Below are positions 10,694 through 20,544 of a stretch of 64,000 nucleotides of DNA, piece after piece. The number at the start of each line of letters is the position of its first letter. Positions within the stretch are counted from its first letter, which is position 1. The translations under genes and the position numbers were made by a program. The notes under the pieces are model-generated. The model was not told where the DNA came from, did no database searches, and was given only the letters and a program-made list of their open reading frames with translations. This DNA is from Phycisphaerae bacterium. Its GTDB lineage: Bacteria; Planctomycetota; Phycisphaerae; UBA1845; Fen-1342. The stretch covers positions 32,001 through 96,000 of the forward strand of contig JASFQK010000004.1 of assembly GCA_050115495.1 (NCBI GenBank), in the 5' to 3' direction.

Positions 10694-11278
10694 TCAGCCG
10701 ATCCTGGGCAGACTGTCCACGTCCAGGGCCAGCGGCACCTCACCGCGCCCGGCGAAGTAGCGTGCGCTCGACCACGGCCACTGCTCAGCAGCGTCGACCA
10801 GCCCGCGCCGTACCGGATTGTTGTGCAGATACTCGATCTCTGCACAGATCGCCTCCGCGTTCGACAGATTGCGATCGAAGCCCCCACCACGCTGCCAGAA
10901 CCGGTGCCGGAATCTGCCGTTGGGTTGCTGGTCACGCATTCGCGCGAGGAATGCCGGGGCGTTTACTTGAACGTAGGTGATGGCTTGTCGTGTCACCGGC
11001 AGTTTGATGTCGCTCAGTATGTTGCCGATCGAATAGACAGGATCTCGCGGCCAGATCAGCAAATGTACGTGCTCGGGCATGATCACGTACGCCCACAGAT
11101 CAAAGGCATGCTTGGCTCGGGCGGCGTCCAGGCTCTCCAGAAACCACTTCCTGGATCGATCCGCGTTCAACAGTGGCTGTCGGTGGAAGCAACAGAACGT
11201 GAGGGCGTGCGCGTCACCCGGCGTGTTGCAGCGCTGGCAGGTCTTGTATTTCGGCCGTTGCGGCGGCGGCTCGTGCAT
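10694..11278 (-). mobile_element. REP-associated tyrosine (Y1/HUH) transposase, RAYT/TnpA-REP
   Basis: LTFCC, YVIMPEHVHLL (HUH), FWQRGGGFDR, YLHNNPVRRGLV and WPWSS motifs; flanked by inverted REPs. Confidence 0.92.
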
Positions 11279-11338
11279 CTTGTGTCGCAGCATACCACGC
11301 GCGTCATGTTTGCGCATACTAGTGGCTGCGGCGGATCT

Positions 11339-11392
11339 CATGCCGGCGCTAAAGCTTCGGCATGCCACACACGCTGTCTCGGCATGCCACAC
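11339..11392 (-). repeat. REP-like palindromes, right flank of RAYT
   Basis: Reverse complement reads GTGTGGCATGCCGAG...GTGTGGCATGCCGAAGCTTTAGCGCCGGCATG. Confidence 0.85.
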
Positions 11393-11413
11393 ATTCTGAG
11401 TCGTCGCGGGTGC

Positions 11414-12988
11414 CTACGGGCTTGAGGTTTCGGCCGGCTCGTTGGTGTGTAGGTAGCCGAGGGACTCGAGGCGGCTGCGCTCGTCGTCGCTGAGCTCGAC
11501 CTGGGTTGCGGCGTGAGCGCTGGCGCCGGCGGCGTTCTCCTTCGCCTGACGGGCGGCGAGGTCGAGCAGGCTGCGCAAGGCCACCTGGTCGACCAGCGGG
11601 TTCTGCTCGCGCGGATCGTCGGCGAGGTTGAACCACACGGCCTGCGGCGGCGAGCTTTCCACCAGCAGGAGTTTGCGATTGCCGTCGTACACGGCTTTCT
11701 GCTCGGTGCCGGACTTCACGCACTCGGCGTAGGCGACAGCACCCGGCAGCGGCTCGTCGGACCGTACGTGGGGCAGCAGCGATCGGCCCTGCACGCCGGC
11801 GACCGCCGGCAACCGCATCTGATCCAGCAGCGTGGGCATGACGTCGATGAGCCGTGTGGTGGCGGCGACGCGTTTGCCGGCGGGGACCACACCCGGCCAG
11901 TGCAGGATGAGCGGCACGTGCAACTGGTTGTCATGCACGGAGAGACCGTGATCCCAGATGTGGTGTTCGCAGAGGGCCTCGCCGTGGTCGGCGGTGACGA
12001 CCACCAGCGAGTTATCCCAGAGGCCCAGGTCGCTCAGCCGCTGGCGGAGGGCGGCCAGATGCTTGTCCATCTGCCGCACGCCGGCGTCGTAGCGGGCGAT
12101 CCAGTACTCGCGATAGCCCATCAGCCGCGCGTGACGCGCCAGGTCCTTCGCATACTTCGGCGGACGCCGCAGGTGCATGAGGGCCCGCGTTTCGTATTCG
12201 GTCATGGCGTGCAGGTTCGACGAGCTCTCCAGCTCCACCATGCGTTGCTCGAGGTACGCGGGGTCGCCCTCGTATGGCCCGTGCACGTCCATGTAGTGCA
12301 GGTACAGGAACAGGGGCTTCCTGCTGTCGCGCTGAGCGAGCCAGTCGAAGAGGGCAGCGTTGAGCACGGCGCCCCGCCGGTTGGTGTCGGCGAAGCTGGC
12401 GAAGCTGGCGTCGAAGTGGTCGAAACCCTGGCCGAAGCCGTAGTCGGCGATGACGAACGGATTGGCGGAGAAGGCGGCCGTCTCGTAGCCGCCGGCGTGC
12501 AGCGCTTCGGCCAGCGTCTGGAAGGTGTCACCGAAGACGGCCACTTTCGGATCGCCGGAGAAGGTGCTGTCGAACGCGACCTGATAGCTACGCACCTGGT
12601 GTACGCCGGGGTAACAGGCACTGAACAGCGAAGCCACCGACGGCTGCGTCCACGGGGCAGCGGCGATCGTCCGCTGGAAGAGCGTGCCCTCGCGAGCGAT
12701 GGCGTCCATCGTCGGTGTGAGCTCGCCCTTGCTGCCGTAAGCGCCCAGGCGGTCGGCACGGAGGGCATCGGCGACGATGAGGATGATGTTCGCGGGCTGG
12801 GAGGCGTTGGCGGGCAGGCGGCCGACGTCCGGTTTCGAGCAGCCGGCGAGGACCGACCCAACCAACAGGAACACAGCACTGCCCAGACAGCGCCCGCGGC
12901 GCGGCCTGCGCACACTCGACGGGGACCGACTCACAGCAGCGCTCCTTGATGCGGCCGTCCAACCGCTCGCGCAGCGCAACGACATCAC
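11414..12988 (-). CDS. Sulfatase-like alkaline-phosphatase-superfamily lipoprotein
   Basis: NIILIVADALRAD, WTQPS, HYMDVH, TADHGE, HVPLI, C-terminal LESLGY; LAGC lipobox. Start uncertain. Confidence 0.85.
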   Translation of the reverse strand: MMSLRCASGWTAASRSAAVSRSPSSVRRPRRGRCLGSAVFLLVGSVLAGCSKPDVGRLPANASQPANIILIVADALRADRLGAYGSKGELTPTMDAIAREGTLFQRTIAAAPWTQPSVASLFSACYPGVHQVRSYQVAFDSTFSGDPKVAVFGDTFQTLAEALHAGGYETAAFSANPFVIADYGFGQGFDHFDASFASFADTNRRGAVLNAALFDWLAQRDSRKPLFLYLHYMDVHGPYEGDPAYLEQRMVELESSSNLHAMTEYETRALMHLRRPPKYAKDLARHARLMGYREYWIARYDAGVRQMDKHLAALRQRLSDLGLWDNSLVVVTADHGEALCEHHIWDHGLSVHDNQLHVPLILHWPGVVPAGKRVAATTRLIDVMPTLLDQMRLPAVAGVQGRSLLPHVRSDEPLPGAVAYAECVKSGTEQKAVYDGNRKLLLVESSPPQAVWFNLADDPREQNPLVDQVALRSLLDLAARQAKENAAGASAHAATQVELSDDERSRLESLGYLHTNEPAETSSP

Positions 12989-13037
12989 CTCCCCGGCGCC
13001 CCATCGCGCGCTCGGTCGGTGGTCTTTGCGAGACCTC

Positions 13038-13718
13038 CTACAGAACCAGTTTATACCCGACAGCGTGTGCTGTCAGAATATATTGTGGGTTTTTCGGGTC
13101 CGGTTCGAGTTTTCGCCGGAGGCTGACGATGTGGTTGTCCACCGTGCGATCGGCCGGATAGACGCCGGCACCCCAGATCTCTGAGAGCAGATCGGTGCGC
13201 GGGACGGCTTCGCCGACGTGCTCGTGCAGAATGCGCAGGATTTCGGCCTCGTAGTAGCCGAGCGGGATCTCTTCGGTGGGCGTGATAACTCTCTGGCGCA
13301 GGAGATCGACGCGGCGCTGGCCGACCTGGAACTGCTGCCGCGAGGAGGCCGGCGTGTCGGCCCGGCGGAGCGCGGCGTTGATGCGAGCCAGCAGTTCGCC
13401 GAGGCCGAAGGGCTTCGTGATGTAGTCATCAGCGCCGAGTTCGAGACCGCGCACCTTGTCGATCTCCTGGCTGCGGGCGCTGAGGATGAGGATGGGCATG
13501 GTGTTGCCGGCGGCGCGCAGTCGGCGGCAGACCTCGAAGCCGTCGAGGTCGGGCAGCATGATGTCCAGCAGGACGAGGTCGGGGACGCGCTGTCGAACGA
13601 GTTCGAGGCCGGAGGCGCCGTCGAGAGCGTGGGCGACGGAATGGTGCTCGAACTCGAGGTTGTCGCGCAAGCCCATCGCCAGATCGGGTTCGTCTTCGAT
13701 GATGAGGATGTGGGCCAT
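13038..13718 (-). CDS. OmpR-family response regulator
   Basis: IIEDE, LDIMLP, GADDYITKPF; wHTH motif RTVDNHIVSLRRKLE. Confidence 0.95.
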   Translation of the reverse strand: MAHILIIEDEPDLAMGLRDNLEFEHHSVAHALDGASGLELVRQRVPDLVLLDIMLPDLDGFEVCRRLRAAGNTMPILILSARSQEIDKVRGLELGADDYITKPFGLGELLARINAALRRADTPASSRQQFQVGQRRVDLLRQRVITPTEEIPLGYYEAEILRILHEHVGEAVPRTDLLSEIWGAGVYPADRTVDNHIVSLRRKLEPDPKNPQYILTAHAVGYKLVL

Positions 13719-13719
13719 G

Positions 13720-14805
13720 TCAGGTCTTCACGTTGGCGAGTTGCAGTACGGCCACGGGTCCGAACAGAAGGATCGGCACCCAGGCCACCAGGGCCGCCCA
13801 TTGCGCGCTGACCACGCCCTGGGCGACGAACGTAACGCCGAAAAACGCGCCGCACACCAGCAGGGCTCGCCCCCCGGCGACGAGCACACTGCCCGGCTCG
13901 CGTGTCAGAAAGAACGGCAGGGCCAGGGCCAGCAGCAGCCATTGTAACATGGGTTGCGTCAGCCAGATGTGCCGTTGCATGCGTACCGCCGCCAGATTCG
14001 GCAGATTGCGGCTGGTGAGCAACTCGTTCATCTGCCGCAGGCTGAGCATGCCGGCCCACTGGGCGGACTGGCGGAGAAGGAGCTCCTCAGGCGCGAGGGC
14101 GAAGGGGTACTCCCGGACGGGCTCGCGGGCGATGCCGTGCACGTGGTCGTCGTCGCCACGGCCGCCCTCGACGATGCGCTCGCCGCGCTCGAGCCGCCAG
14201 GTCTTGCGCGCGGGGTCGTAAATGGCGGCGTCGGCCAGGATGCTGTGGCCGCCGCGACCGGGAGGCTCGACGATGACGACGTAGTCCAGGCGCCGCTCGG
14301 GCAGGTGGATCCGCCGGGCGGTGAGGAAGGCGTCGTTCTCGTCACGGGCGAAGGAGATGCCGGCCACGCGCACGCCGGTGATGTCGTCGTGGTGGCGGGC
14401 GATCTTGTGGGCCAGGTGGGGCAGAACGTACTCGCGGTTGACCATCCACAGGGCGACCAGCCCCACGGCACAGACGAGCACGGGCACGGCCAGCCGCTGC
14501 AAGCGCACACCCGCCGCGACCAGCGCCACCATCTCGTTGTTGCGCAGCATCATGGCGAAGGTGAACGCGCCGGCGAAGGCCATCACCGGTCCGGCCAGTT
14601 GCGAGAAGTACTGCGGCACGTTGCAGCCGTAGTAGTCGAGCATGATCCAGAGCACCTGGCCGAGCGACAGCTCACGGTTCTCGGTGAACTCGTCCAGGTT
14701 GATCAGCAGGTCGGGGACGATGAAGAGGACGATGCCCACCAGCAGCAGAATGATGTAGCTGCGCAGGAAGGTCGTCACCAGGTAGCGGTCGAGTGTGCGC
14801 ATCAT
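13720..14805 (-). CDS. LptF/LptG family LPS export permease
   Basis: Real start MMRTLDRYL; NEMVALVAAGV; multiple TM segments; ATGA overlap with the upstream permease. Confidence 0.88.
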   Translation of the reverse strand: MMRTLDRYLVTTFLRSYIILLLVGIVLFIVPDLLINLDEFTENRELSLGQVLWIMLDYYGCNVPQYFSQLAGPVMAFAGAFTFAMMLRNNEMVALVAAGVRLQRLAVPVLVCAVGLVALWMVNREYVLPHLAHKIARHHDDITGVRVAGISFARDENDAFLTARRIHLPERRLDYVVIVEPPGRGGHSILADAAIYDPARKTWRLERGERIVEGGRGDDDHVHGIAREPVREYPFALAPEELLLRQSAQWAGMLSLRQMNELLTSRNLPNLAAVRMQRHIWLTQPMLQWLLLALALPFFLTREPGSVLVAGGRALLVCGAFFGVTFVAQGVVSAQWAALVAWVPILLFGPVAVLQLANVKT

Positions 14806-16466
14806 CGCCGCACCCCCAGCCGCAGCAGCACGAGGTCGATGACGGCGACGGCGGCCAGGCCGCCCCAGGTGAGGGCGGGGCCGAGCATCTCGCCGCCCGC
14901 CTTCTCGCCGAGTTGCCGGGCCATGACCAGCAGCACGGCCACCGTGCCGAAGGGGATGCAGGCCAGGCCGAAGGCCGCCAGGGCCCGGGCCCCGCGGAAC
15001 ATCACGCCCAGCGCCGCGGCCATCAGCACCGTGACCAGCACGCTGCACGCCGAGGCCAGGCGGAAGTGAATCACCGAAGTCATCTTTCGCCGCTGGCGCT
15101 GGCCATCGTCGAGCAGCTTGGCCCGCTGGGTGGCGAGTGTTTCGCTGAGCGGCAGCTCGGCGTTGGTATCGAAGATGACCTTTGCATCGTACGGTTGCAG
15201 GCGGGTCAGCACGTCGGGCGGCAGTTGCAGCGTATCGCCGAGGGCCGCGTCGCGCTTGGGGCGGCCCTGCTCGTAGTCGCTGGCCCGCGGGTGGTGCTCG
15301 CGCACCGGCTCGCCGCCGGCTTCGCGCAGGTCCAGGGCCAGCCGCAGACCGCCGTCGGGCATGGGCCGCGGGCGGAGCAGGGCCTCCGGAGCATCGTAGA
15401 ACAGTGGTCGCTGCGGCTGATCGCCGGGTATCTCGATGCGGGCGCGGCGCAGCAGCAGACTGGCGTCGTTGCCGACCGCCTCGGGCGCGGTGATCCGGAA
15501 GGTCTGGCCCTCGTCGTCCTGGAGGGTGAGCGTCTGCCCGGCGTTCAGTTGGCTGGCGGCGTCGGTGAAGAAGTACTCGGTCTGGAACCGCGTGAGGAAG
15601 TTGCGCACCGGCCCTTCCAGCTTGTCCACCTCCCACGGCCGCCGGCGCCAGCGCAGCAGCGTGGCCAGATCCACCATCGACGATTTGCGCGGGAACTGGA
15701 GCGGGATCATGATCGGCCCGATCTGCTGCTGTTGCAGGCTGACGCTGCGGCCGGTCACATCGAATTCCCGCCCGTTGTCGACGTAGATGGTGATTTCCAG
15801 CGGCGTTGTGCGAGCGTCGAACTGGCACAGGCCGTGCGCGGCGGATGCCTGCCGCACGAGATTGTCGTGGTTGTCGATCTGAAGGAAGACCGGCTCGTCC
15901 ACCAGCAGGTAGGTGATGCCCTCGTCCTGCGGCAGATTCTGCTGAGCCAGGGCTTCGTCCGTCGGAATGCGCACGCGGCGGGCGGTGAGCAGGTAGCGAT
16001 TGCCGCTCTTCTCGTAGCGCACGTAGCCCATCACCTGAAGCTTGGTGAAGGCGATGTCCCGCAGGTTGGCCCGGGCGTAGCGGTCGACGCGGCGGACGAA
16101 GTCGGGCATGACCAGATCGCCGAAGAAGAGCGAGAAGCCGGCCACGAACACCGACAGCAGGATCGCCGAGAGGAAGAGGCGGTGGATGTTGATGCCGGCG
16201 GCGCGGCAGGCGAGCAGCTCGTTGTCGGCGGCCAACCGGCCGTAAACCATCGTGACCGAGAACAGGGCCGCGACGGGCATGGTCAGGGCCACGACGATGG
16301 GCACCATCAGGGGGATGAAGCGCAGCAGATCAGCCGCCCCGATACCCTCGTACTTCAGGACGTTGTAGAGTCCGCCGCCCATGGTGAACAGGGCGGTGAG
16401 GGCGACGAGCGTCAGGGCGAAGGTCTTGAGCAGCTCGCGGAGCACGTGCCCGTGCAGCGTCACCAT
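14802..16466 (-). CDS. LptF/LptG family LPS export permease
   Basis: LRELLKTF, YGRLAADNELLACRAAGI; TM segments at both ends. Confidence 0.88.
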   Translation of the reverse strand: MVTLHGHVLRELLKTFALTLVALTALFTMGGGLYNVLKYEGIGAADLLRFIPLMVPIVVALTMPVAALFSVTMVYGRLAADNELLACRAAGINIHRLFLSAILLSVFVAGFSLFFGDLVMPDFVRRVDRYARANLRDIAFTKLQVMGYVRYEKSGNRYLLTARRVRIPTDEALAQQNLPQDEGITYLLVDEPVFLQIDNHDNLVRQASAAHGLCQFDARTTPLEITIYVDNGREFDVTGRSVSLQQQQIGPIMIPLQFPRKSSMVDLATLLRWRRRPWEVDKLEGPVRNFLTRFQTEYFFTDAASQLNAGQTLTLQDDEGQTFRITAPEAVGNDASLLLRRARIEIPGDQPQRPLFYDAPEALLRPRPMPDGGLRLALDLREAGGEPVREHHPRASDYEQGRPKRDAALGDTLQLPPDVLTRLQPYDAKVIFDTNAELPLSETLATQRAKLLDDGQRQRRKMTSVIHFRLASACSVLVTVLMAAALGVMFRGARALAAFGLACIPFGTVAVLLVMARQLGEKAGGEMLGPALTWGGLAAVAVIDLVLLRLGVRR

Positions 16467-16571
16467 GGGCGCCATCCTCGCTCGCGGCCAGCGACCGGAT
16501 CCGCGTCCGTGGCCATCGGCCGGCACGTTGCCGTGTTCATCCCGGCCACTCTATAAGCGGGTCGGGCCGTG

Positions 16572-19500
16572 TCAAGTTGCGCCGCCCGGGCGGGCCCGCT
16601 TGAGGATGACCGCCCGCGAGCTGCGCCCGTTGATGCGGGTTTCCAGCGGCTCAGCCAGGCGCACGTGGCGCACGAACGTTCCCTCCTGCTGAGCCGGCTG
16701 CGCCGCCAGCCAGTCCCAATCGACGTGGCCACGCTCCGTGCGCGGGTCGACGGTCAGGTAGGCAATGCCGAAGGAGACGAGGTTCTGGAAGAAGTGGCTG
16801 CCCTGCGACGGGTCGACAGCGAAGTTCGACAGCGTCGTCTCCACGATCACGCGGGCGGCCGAGATCTGCCCCCAGCCCACCGGTATGCCCAGCGTCGGCG
16901 TCGACGAACCCCAGCGCCCCGGACCGATCAGCACGTACGGGCAGTTCTCGGTCAGCAGGGTGTCGTTCAGCGTGCCGATCTCGGCGGCGATCTCGCGTGT
17001 GCGCGTGGCGTCGAAGCGCTCCGGCCGCACGTAGACGACGTCGCGCACGCTGCGGATCACGCCGTTGCCCAGGGCCCGCGGGCTGCAACAGAGGATGTCC
17101 TCCGCGGCACAGTTGCCCAGGTCGACCTGCTCGCTGTCATCGTCGCCGCGAACCGACGGCCGCACCTGGAGAATGGCGAACTCGCGTGGCTGCGTGTCGA
17201 GGTTGACGGCGAACTCCATCTCCACCGGGCGGTTCATGCCCGACTGGGACATTTGCAGCAGCCGCCGCAGAATCGCCGCCAGCGGGAACAGGTCGGACTT
17301 CAGCACGTGGGCGAAGCTCACCACCCGCAGGCCCGGACGGCAGATGCCGTCGTACAGAGCCTGGTTCTCCGGCGACCACACCGAAGCGAGCGGCGCCAGC
17401 GTGCCGTGGCGTTCGGCGTCCTCGAGTTCGAGGCTGACCAGAGCCTGGTCGGGATCGACCGTGGGGCCGCGCTCCGGCTCGCGCAGGTCGACGGCGTAGA
17501 ACGTGCGCTGCGATTCGTCGAGGAACGCCTTACCGCCGGAGAGCTGCGGCAGCACCTGGGGATGGGTGGGGCAGAAGCGCAGGCTCTTGCCGCCGTCGAC
17601 GACGGTCTTGCCCAAGCCGAGGGCGACGAGGGCCACGCCGTCTTCCGGCTGCATATGTCCGAACGTGTAGAAGTTGTACGAGCGGGCCACGCCGGCGCAG
17701 CTTGGGTAGAAGCAGTTCTCGTGCCGCGTGCCGACGACCGGCTGGAGCACGACGGCCATCTTCTCTTCTTCGATGCGGTGCGGCGTGACCGCCAGGTAGC
17801 GGCGGGCCGAGGCGAAGAAGGTCGAGGCGTAGACCAGCTTGATCGCGTCGCACAACTGGGCCAGGCGGATGCGATGATCCGCGTGGGCGTTGGGGATCAT
17901 GTGCGTGGCGTAGGTGCCGGCGAAGGGGTGGTATTGCGAATCCTCGAGCAGGCTCGACGAGCGCACCGCGATCGGGCCGCGGACGCGATCGATGAAGACC
18001 TGGAGGTCGCGGATCACCGCCTCGGGCAGCTTCGCTGTGAGGAAGGCCCAGGTGAGCCACTCATCGTTGGCCGTGCGCAGGGCGACCATCCGCAGGCGGT
18101 TGGCGTCGAGGAACTCGTCGAAGACGTCGGTGCCGATGACGACCGAGTTCGGTACGTGCACGTCGACGCCGGGGAAGTCGCGTTCGAGCTCGGTGCCGGC
18201 CAGCAGGGCGTCGACGAAGCCGAGGCCGCGGGCCTTGCCGCCGAGCGAGCCGCCGCCGATGCGGGCGAAGCGGCTGGCGGCGTCGAACCGCTCGCGGGAG
18301 AAATCCTCGACCATGCCGCGGCGGTTCGTCCGCAGGGCCTGGCTGAAGGCGTTCATGAGGTAGCGGCGGATCGACTCGATGTCGCGGAAGTCGGACACGC
18401 GTCGCGGTCGCAGTCGCCGGGCCAGAGCAAACTCGGTGCGGGCCCGCAGCCAGTTGGAGAAGTGATTCCGGCGGGCGTGGTAATCGAGCGATTCGACGGG
18501 TACCTGGGCCAGTACGTGGGCCATCGTTCGCAGGTCGCCGGCCCGGCCGACCTCGCGGCCGTCGGGCAGACGGAAGACGAAATCGCCGAAGCCGAAGTTG
18601 TTCAGCATGAAGTGGCGGACGTCTTCGAGCAGCGTCGCCGAACGCTTGTGCAGAAACTGGGCGCCGATGGCTTCGGCCAGGGCCCGGTTGGCCGGGTCGG
18701 ATGATTGCAGCAGGGCGGGTGTATCCGGGGCGTCGGCCTTCACCCGGCGGATGAAGTCGATGCCGGCATGTGGGTCCTGCCGGCCGCCGCGCGGGAAGCT
18801 CACGTCGGCGATGACGCCGAAGAGGTGCCGGCCGAAACGCTCGTAGAGGCGGATGCCCTCGTCATAGGTCTCGGCGACGAGGATCTTCGGGCGGGCCCGC
18901 ATGCGCAGCAGCTTGTGCATGCGGTTGATGCCGTCGGCCATCACGGCCCGCGTCTGCTTGACCAGTTCGGCGTACATGATCGGCAGCAGCGACGAGCGGA
19001 AACGGACGGAGTCCTCGACCAGGATGATCACGCCGACGTCGGCCAGGCGGGCGTCCTCCTCGGCGTTCCAGCGGTCTTCGAGGCACTTGATGATGGCCAG
19101 GAAGACCTTGGTGTCGCCGTGCCAGACGTAGACACCGTCGACATCGAGTTGGTGGCGCTGCTCGGTGACCCGGGTCAGCTCCCAGTTGCTGGCGATCAGC
19201 AGCACGATCGGCAGTTCGTGGTTGACCTGCCGCAGCTCCCGGCTGAAGCGGAAGACGTCCATGTCCCCCAGGCGGAGCATGGTGATGACCAGGTCGAAGT
19301 GCTGCGTGCGGACGGCGGCCAGGGCCTCTTCGCCGGTCGAGACGCGCGTGACGTTCGGGGCGTGGGTCAGGCCGAGGTCAGCGTAGTCGGTGTAGATGGC
19401 CTCGGTGAGCAGGCCGTCCTCTTCGAGGCTGAAGGCGTCGTAGGCGCTGGAGACCAGCAGGATCTCCTCGACGCGGCGGCGCATCAGGTGGGGGAACCGT

Positions 19501-19580
19501 TTCAGCCGCCAGTCCTGCCAGGCAGTGGCGGAATCACGGCGGGGCTTGCCCTCGGTTACTGCTTCGTTGGGTTGGCTCAT
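16572..19580 (-). CDS. Receiver-like + PEP/pyruvate-binding (PEP-synthase N-terminal-like) domain protein
   Basis: ILLVSSAYD, LVEDSVRF, GGKARGL, AVRSSSLLEDS, EEKMAV, ILQVRP; start MSQPNE. Confidence 0.85.
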   Translation of the reverse strand: MSQPNEAVTEGKPRRDSATAWQDWRLKRFPHLMRRRVEEILLVSSAYDAFSLEEDGLLTEAIYTDYADLGLTHAPNVTRVSTGEEALAAVRTQHFDLVITMLRLGDMDVFRFSRELRQVNHELPIVLLIASNWELTRVTEQRHQLDVDGVYVWHGDTKVFLAIIKCLEDRWNAEEDARLADVGVIILVEDSVRFRSSLLPIMYAELVKQTRAVMADGINRMHKLLRMRARPKILVAETYDEGIRLYERFGRHLFGVIADVSFPRGGRQDPHAGIDFIRRVKADAPDTPALLQSSDPANRALAEAIGAQFLHKRSATLLEDVRHFMLNNFGFGDFVFRLPDGREVGRAGDLRTMAHVLAQVPVESLDYHARRNHFSNWLRARTEFALARRLRPRRVSDFRDIESIRRYLMNAFSQALRTNRRGMVEDFSRERFDAASRFARIGGGSLGGKARGLGFVDALLAGTELERDFPGVDVHVPNSVVIGTDVFDEFLDANRLRMVALRTANDEWLTWAFLTAKLPEAVIRDLQVFIDRVRGPIAVRSSSLLEDSQYHPFAGTYATHMIPNAHADHRIRLAQLCDAIKLVYASTFFASARRYLAVTPHRIEEEKMAVVLQPVVGTRHENCFYPSCAGVARSYNFYTFGHMQPEDGVALVALGLGKTVVDGGKSLRFCPTHPQVLPQLSGGKAFLDESQRTFYAVDLREPERGPTVDPDQALVSLELEDAERHGTLAPLASVWSPENQALYDGICRPGLRVVSFAHVLKSDLFPLAAILRRLLQMSQSGMNRPVEMEFAVNLDTQPREFAILQVRPSVRGDDDSEQVDLGNCAAEDILCCSPRALGNGVIRSVRDVVYVRPERFDATRTREIAAEIGTLNDTLLTENCPYVLIGPGRWGSSTPTLGIPVGWGQISAARVIVETTLSNFAVDPSQGSHFFQNLVSFGIAYLTVDPRTERGHVDWDWLAAQPAQQEGTFVRHVRLAEPLETRINGRSSRAVILKRARPGGAT

Positions 19581-19865
19581 CCGTGCCGAAACCTGCACAC
19601 CGGGCTGCGTCGCCAGCCGACGGGGACCTCCCGCCGGCCACGAGCCGAACAATCCCTCATCATAGCCCCGCCTCACGCCCGTGAAAACGCCTCGCTGTCC
19701 GAGCCGCGACCGGCAGGGAACGGTCTTTCGGGGTGCGGTGGTGCTGCGCGGGCGACCCGTCGCTGCCGCTCGGGGCTCGGACAGATGGCGTGTCGGCGGG
19801 CGTTCCGTAGCGTCGGCCCCCCGTGGCCGACGTCGATCGCCGGGAAACGTACGTTTGAAGGGCAG

Positions 19866-20498
19866 CTACCGGCTTGCCCAGAGCAGACTGCGGCGGACGA
19901 TCTCGCGGGCGGCCGGGACATTGAAATCGTGCCACGTGTGCCCGAACGACGCATAGGCCACGCGGCCCTGGCCGTAGCGGCGCGTCCACACGGCCGGCAT
20001 GACCGTGCCGTCGGGAAACGTCGTCGTGGCCAGCACGTGATTCGCCGGATCGACGTGCATGTAATACTGCTCGCTGTCCGGGATGTCGAAATCGTCCAGG
20101 TCGCGCGTGATGGGGTGCTCGCGGTCGACGAGGTTGATGGTGTAGCTGGGCTGGATACCGCCGGGATGGGCCACGAACTGCCCGCCGGTCATGAACTGGT
20201 ACTCGGTGTTCCGGCGGAACGCGTCGCCCGCCGTTCCGTGCCAGCCGGCCAAGCCGGTGCCGGCGGCGACGGCGGCGCAGAGGGCCTGCTCCTGCTCCCC
20301 GGTGAGGTCGCCGCACGTCCAGACCGGCACGATCAGGTCGAGCGTGCGCAGCTTCTCGGCGTCGGCGAGGACCTCGAGCTGATCGGTCACGCCGACGTTG
20401 TAGCCCTGGCCGCTCAGCCAGGGGGCGAACACGTCCGTGCTTTCGCGGGGCGTGTGGCCGTCCCATCCGCCCCAGACGAACAATGCTCGTTTTGCCAT
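19866..20498 (-). CDS. ThuA-like (class I GATase-like) domain protein
   Basis: GGWDGH, GWHG, GGQFVAHPG, EQYYMH, GRVAYASFGH. Confidence 0.85.
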   Translation of the reverse strand: MAKRALFVWGGWDGHTPRESTDVFAPWLSGQGYNVGVTDQLEVLADAEKLRTLDLIVPVWTCGDLTGEQEQALCAAVAAGTGLAGWHGTAGDAFRRNTEYQFMTGGQFVAHPGGIQPSYTINLVDREHPITRDLDDFDIPDSEQYYMHVDPANHVLATTTFPDGTVMPAVWTRRYGQGRVAYASFGHTWHDFNVPAAREIVRRSLLWASR

Positions 20499-20544
20499 GT
20501 CGTTCGCGATCTCCGGGTCGGGCCCGTTGCGGGTCCGCCGCCTG

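Noticed and set aside
13720..15828. 702-aa ORF as one fused protein
   Set aside because: The first ~340 residues are an off-frame overlap with the upstream permease; the real start is MMRTLDRY at 14805.
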